Source: the human T2T-CHM13v2.0 reference genome, Homo sapiens. Taken from it: a stretch of DNA of 64,000 nucleotides. This document shows, one piece after another, positions 57,428 through 64,000 of the stretch (its first letter is position 1; each line of letters starts with the position of its first letter). The translations under genes were made by a program, and so were the position numbers. A model generated the notes under the pieces. It had not been told where the DNA came from. It saw only the letters and a program-made list of their open reading frames with translations, and searched no databases. The DNA lies in NCBI RefSeq assembly GCF_009914755.1, contig NC_060927.1, one strand, 5' to 3'.

Positions 57428-57610
57428 CACTGGTCTTCAAACTCTGGTGCACATCAGAATTACTTGGGGAGCTTGTTAAAACACAGGATACTAAGCCACC
57501 CCAATAGTTCCTGATCCACTAGCTCTGGAGTAGGGCCCAAGAATTTTTATTTCCCACAAGTCCCCAGATGATACTGATCTTGCTGATCTGGGGACCACAG
57601 TTTGAAAACT
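57428..57610. mobile_element. MER5A
   Basis: ttcaaactctggtgcacatcagaattacttggggagcttgttaaa...gggaccacagtttgaaaac. Confidence 0.7.
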
Positions 57611-57894
57611 TTGGATTATCAAAAAGTGGAACTCAGAGAACAGGCAAGGTGAGATCAGGCCTGATCGTGGAACTACCATAAAAAAGTAGGCTGACAAATT
57701 AGATACTATTGATGAAGTTTTGAATGTGATTTGAACAAAGCGATACAATTGCTCTGGTGGCAGAGATATATCAAATGAATAGGAGAAAAAGACTGGGGGC
57801 AGAGAGACAGTCTGGAGCTGTTATGTAGTTAAAGCAAGTAGATTTAAACTATCTGAGTGCCAGTGGGAATGGAAAGAAAATACCAGTGCAGAAA

Positions 57895-57896
<2 letters not shown>

Positions 57897-57939
<43 letters not shown>

Positions 57940-58226
57940 AGATGGAGTCTCGCTCTGTCTCCCAGGCTGGAGTGCAGCGGCACGATCTCGGCTCACTGCA
58001 AGCTCCGCCTCCCGGGGTTCATGCCCTTCTCCTGCCTCAGCCTCCCGAGTAGCTGGGACTATAGGCGCCTGCCACCACGCCCAGCTAATTTTTTTTTTTT
58101 GTATTTTTAGTAGAGACGGAGTTTCACCATGTTAGCCAGGATGGTCTCGATCTCTTGACTTCATGATCCGCCCACCTCGGCCTCTCAAAGTGCTGGGATT
58201 ATAGGCGTGAGCCACCGCGCCCAGCC
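57897..58226 (-). mobile_element. AluY with ~40-nt homopolymer tail
   Basis: ctgcaagctccgcctcccg and ttagccaggatggtctcgatctc diagnostics; TSD tgcagaaatctt. Confidence 0.92.
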
Positions 58227-58769
58227 ATGCAGAAATCTTAGTGAATGAAAAGTCTGCTGGTAGGAGAACAAAACTGGAAGTTAGCCTTGCCCATTCTGTG
58301 GGAGAGTCTTCAGTTATATACAGTCATTTGTATAGTGCTATTTTGAGTCTTTGTGCTTATTACTAGGGCTGAACTTGTTTATGTTCATACCATCTGAAAA
58401 GAAAAGGAGAAAATATTACTAGATAAGCTAATAGAGTTAACGGTGCTTTACGGAGCTCATTGAGGGCTTGTTTGAAGGCCTAAGACATACCATGGACTCA
58501 GGAGTGGCCCTGATTTATGGGGAAATTGGGCTTACCTGCCAGATATGGAGCTTGGGAGGGCTGCATGCAGAGAGCTAAATCCAGGAGAAGGTGCCCACTC
58601 CAGCCTCGGAAATTGGTAGGTGCCTTGTGCCATAATTAGATGACCCTCCTTGTTGTGCTTGTGATGTCTTCGTAGGCGAGTGCAGATTTCAGGCAATCTC
58701 AGTTCCTACTTATCCACTAATTCTTGCTGGCCATCACTTGAAAATAGTAAGCATTTCTTGTTTGTCTAT

Positions 58770-59775
<1,006 letters not shown>

Positions 59776-59897
59776 GTGAAACCATTTTGGTTTTTTTTTT
59801 TTCCACAATGAAAGGCCTGTATTTTATACTAATATAATGTGCCCTTTCTTCAGTCTGAATTTGTAAAGTTTCACCATATTCTTTCAGCGGCTATGGT

Positions 59898-60215
59898 TTT
59901 TGTTTTGTTTTGGTTTTGGTTTTGGTTTTGAGACAGAGATCTCACTGTGTTGCACAGGCTGGAGTGCAGTGGTGGAATCACAGCTCACTGCAGCCTTGAC
60001 CTCCTGGGCTCAAGCAATTCTGCTGCCTCAACCTCCTAAGTAGCTGAGACAACAGGAGCGCACCACCACACCAGGCTAATTTTTGTTATTATTTTTAGTA
60101 GAGATGAGGTCTCGCTATGTTGCTCAGCTGGTCTCAAACTCCTGATCTCAATTGATCTTCCCACCTTAGCCTTCTAAAGTGCTGGGATTATAGGCATGAG
60201 CCACCACTCCCGGCC
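59898..60215 (-). mobile_element. AluJ-like
   Basis: Alu reverse complement. Confidence 0.85.
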
Positions 60216-62872
60216 TTGGTGGTTATGTTTTGAACTCTTCAGAAGTCTTTTGGGAAAGTTTTCTACTCCACAGTTTAGAAAAAATGTGTGTTCCCTCTCC
60301 AGAAGCTGCAGCAAACTCTAGCAGAAGTAAATGGGTGTGTAGGTTGAAATAATATCTAGAATATTTACTCTTAGAAGAGCAGCAGATCTGCTTTCACTGA
60401 CTTTTGCTTGATCCCACATATCAAGCTTCAGAATCCACCACTGGTGGAATATAGAGAGAATTTTCTCGCCTTTAACTTCCAGAGACAGCTAGATGGGGCA
60501 GTGAGTCCAGTGAGTCAGCACAGCAGTATATCAGAGCAGCGGCCTTGTGTTTTCAGGAAGTGCTTATCTAGGGGCAGAGGGTGGAGTTCATTGCCCTTTG
60601 AGGGCTTTCCTCCCTCTGTCTCTGACTCAGACAGAGGATTACACAGGAGAACCCGAGGTCGAGGAGACCTTGAGGACAGTCAATTGGGAACTTTCATTTT
60701 ATCCTCTGCTTCCAATGCCATCCTAACAGGAGCCAAAGCGTGGGGCCAGGGTCGTGGGGAGGACAGCACTGAAGAAGCCTGCAGTAGTTGAGGGAGATCT
60801 GCACTGAATTAGAACAAAATTTAGGAGACTTCTAATTTGAAGCCAGAGGTGCTGACTTTTGAGTCTTTGGAGATTGCCTGTTGGAAATATTCCTGTTGAG
60901 GGCCAATGTCCCAATGGGCTCTGAAGATGAGAAGGATCCCTGCCCTATGTGGATGCCACTGGATCTGGAATCATTTCTGTGGCTCAGATATCTGTACACA
61001 TTCTGCCAGGACAGGAGCAGCCGTATTGGGAAAAGAAGGGGGACAATAACTAGAAACGAACTAAGATGTGGCCCTTGCTTTTGTACTTTTAATTTAATGG
61101 GAAAAAATAGATACAGATGTTCTAAATGCATAAGGATTCAGTTGTACAGAATTTATAAAAACACAAAGTTAAGTCTGACTGAAGTGGTAAGGTAAAGGAT
61201 GTTGAGTTGGTAAAGGATGCATTGGAAAAGAGACTCCTAAACTAGGTCTAAAAGTGGTGGCATAGTAAGTGGGAGGCAGGGGTTTGCGCTATGCATTTGA
61301 GACTTGGGGATGACTAAGAGATGGAAGATGGAATATTCTGAGCCAAGATGCATCTGCCAAGTTTAGTCTAAAGTTGTGTTAAGAGTAATTGCAAGGGCAA
61401 CAAGTTTCCTAGTGTCAAGGAATAGTATTTCTAGCTCCCCCCACTTCCCGGCCCCATTTCCTGTTGCTGTCACCATAGCAGCTATCTTCATTCTCCAGCA
61501 CTAAGTGGCCCAGGCACCAAGATGGCTAACCAGATGGTTTGCTGAGAAGCCAGCCGTGCCAGAACCTGGCCGTACATAGCCTCAGGACCTCAGCTGAATA
61601 TGCAACCAGGAGCTTGTATTCTGTTAAATTTTGCCAGAGTATTATTGTACACCATGCAGGACATATTATGTAATAATACTTACTGCAGGCCTTATGCTGT
61701 CAATGCTTATGAACAAATATGGATTTATCCATTGGCTACCCAGGAAATTTTCACCTTTGGCCCTCCCATTACGTGCCCTTCTCTAGATATTCAATTTCCA
61801 GTGTGAACAAAGATGTATATATGATATTTCTATAATTTTTATATTAGCAAATTATTTCTGGAAAGCAAAGAAAATAGGAATGTTTGAGTATATAATATCT
61901 TCAGACAGATGTATTGAAGTACATTGGCCTTATACAACTCAAGCCATATGAAAGCAATATGAATGAGTTTGCAATTATTCCCATGCCATTGGAGCTAAAG
62001 CAAAAGAACAGAAGGTCAAAGGACCCCTCTGTAAATTGTTAGTGGATATTAGAAATCTTTGTGGTTTCTTCTGATTTCAGCCATTGGAGTCAAAGTTTCC
62101 AATTCAGTATTACGATTAACACCAGGTGGACATTTATAGACCTATTGACCATCTAGATAAAACAGGTATGGTTTATATGGAGCAACTGGACCCCATTGTC
62201 TTTTAACAATCACATGATGCATTATATAGAAGACATGCCTTTGGGGTGTGCTTGAATACCATCACTGAACTCCAGAAGAATGGATTGAAACCGAGTTTTT
62301 TCATTTTTGAGTTGTACTACTCAAGCCAATGTAGAAAATAGTGAGCCAGCCTCATAAGTAATATATTTGTGATGCCCGCAATCCATGGAAGCCTCGGATG
62401 CCACCTGCACATATGCTTGCTCTCTAGGGTCCCAGCCTACCCCTTGCAAAGACACTGCTACTGGTCTTTGGGGACACTAAGCTCCTAACACTATTAGAAT
62501 TATCTTCTTTTTCTGTCTGGGAATTGTAGTCCTTCTCTACTTCCAAATCGCCTTGGGGTCAGTAGAAACAAGGCTAAGTCAGTATTTTGTGATTAGAAAA
62601 GTAATGGGTGACAGTCCTGTGGATGCAACAATAAAGTATTCGCCAGAGCCTATGTTTGCACTCTTTGATGACTTGTGTACAGTGTGTTCTGATTTCAGAA
62701 TCGTTTGGCAAATTTTACACTAAACCAGAAAGGGGAGTAGCATTTTTTTTAGGTGTAACATTGAAGTAAGTATGAGTTGAAACTTTAGAAACAAGAAATT
62801 AAATTTCTAAATTAGTTATATCAGATATAATAAATTTCTGGTATATTCAGTTCCTACCGATGTCTATACAGG

Positions 62873-63110
62873 TTTCTTTCTTTTCTTTTTTTCTTTCTTT
62901 GTCTCTCTCTTTTTTATTCTCTTTCTTCCTTTCTTTTTTGTCTCTTTCTTTCTTTCCTTTTCTTTTCTTTGCTTTGCTTTTTTCTTTCATTCTGCTATGT
63001 TGCCCAGGCTGGTCTCAAACTCCTGGGCTCAAGCAATCCTCCTGCCTCGGATTGCTGGGATTACAATCCCAAAGTGCTGGGATTACAGGTGTGAGCCGGT
63101 GCGCCTGGCC
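62873..63110 (-). repeat. CT-rich low-complexity tract plus Alu left monomer
   Basis: (CTTT)-like tract at 62873-62990 followed by an Alu left arm with a small internal duplication. Confidence 0.75.
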
Positions 63111-63140
63111 TATGCAGGTACCTTTTATTTGGTTACTAAT

Positions 63141-63208
63141 TGTATTAGTCAGAGTTCTCTAGAGGGACAACAGAACTAATAGGAGATATATATATATATA
63201 TATTTATT

Positions 63209-63245
<37 letters not shown>

Positions 63246-63612
63246 GAGTTTATTAACTCACATGATCGCAAGGTCCCACAATAGGTTGTCTACAAGCTGA
63301 GAAGCAAGGAGAGCCAGTCCAAGTCCCAAAACTGAAGAACGTGGAGTCCAATATTTGAGGATAGGAAGCATCCAGCACTGGAGAAAGATGTAAGCTGGGA
63401 GGCTAGGCCTGTCTAGTCTTTTCACGTTTTATCTGCCTGCTTTATATTCTAACTGCGCTGGCAGCTGATTAGATGGTGCCCACCCAGAGTAAGGGTGGGT
63501 CTGCCTTCCCCAGCCCACTGACTCAAATGTTAACACCCTCACAGACACACCCAGGATCAATACTTTGCATCCTTCAATCCAATCAGGTTGATACTCAATA
63601 TTAACCATCACA
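63141..63612 (-). mobile_element. HERV-L solo LTR (MLT2A1/MLT2A2) containing an (AT)n(AC)n microsatellite
   Basis: TG...CA termini; 5-bp TSD ctaat (63136-63140, 63613-63617); reverse complement begins tgtgatggttaatattgagtatcaacctgattggattgaagg. Confidence 0.9.
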
Positions 63613-63773
63613 CTAATGAAAGGCTACCTAAGTAGAAGAAGGACAATGTTTGACACAGACAATGGACTGGTTAGGATATGTTCAGTGCACAAGCTCTCCT
63701 AGGCTTTATTCTGATTTTTGTCTTCAGTTGAAGCAGGTAGCACTTATGTGTGTTGCATGGAAACATGCTAAAA

Positions 63774-64000
63774 CAGTCGCCGTCTATCTGAGGTTTCACT
63801 TTCCACAGTTTCAGTTACCCACAGTCAACTGAGGTCTGAAAATATTAAATGAAAAATTTCAGAAATAAACAGTTCATAAGTTATAAATTGCACACTGTTC
63901 TGAGTAGTGTGATGAAATGTCACACCATCCTACTCCGTCCTGCCCAGGATGTGAATCTGAATCATTCCTTTGTCCAGCATCTCCATGCTGTATATGCTAC
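63774..64000 (+). mobile_element. MER44 (Tigger7-derived), running off the window end
   Basis: gtttcactttccacagtttcagttacccacagtcaactgaggtctgaaaatattaaatg...ttctgagtagtgtgatgaaat. Confidence 0.75.

Noticed and set aside
61480-62800. Apparently repeat-poor stretch examined for a processed pseudogene or hidden exon
   Set aside because: No recognisable protein similarity, poly(A)/TSD or convincing splice-site pair.

Overview
This window is primate genomic DNA, almost certainly human, and is dense in Alu, L1, L2, MIR, MER and LTR repeats. It lies inside KALRN (kalirin RhoGEF kinase), transcribed on the + strand. Only two coding pieces are supportable. The first is the 247-nt internal exon encoding the first SH3 domain (2657-2903). 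The second is the 85-nt coding first exon of the short Duet/TRAD isoform (24636-24720), inside an intronic CpG-island promoter. Both end in phase 1, and the shared downstream exon was not found in the window. The rest is intron, and nearly all ORF-track entries are repeat-derived or chance ORFs. I found no convincing new multi-gene system. The best leads are regulatory or structural: a ~228-nt AG-free zone with a distant branch point before the SH3 exon; a uORF whose stop overlaps the Duet ATG; a p63RhoGEF-like Cys cluster at the Duet N-terminus; a candidate further first exon and a candidate poison exon at ~26.3-26.7 kb; two local templated duplications; and a tailless U2 retrocopy. Gene and repeat-family calls come from my recall of the sequences, not from database searches, and repeat boundaries are approximate.
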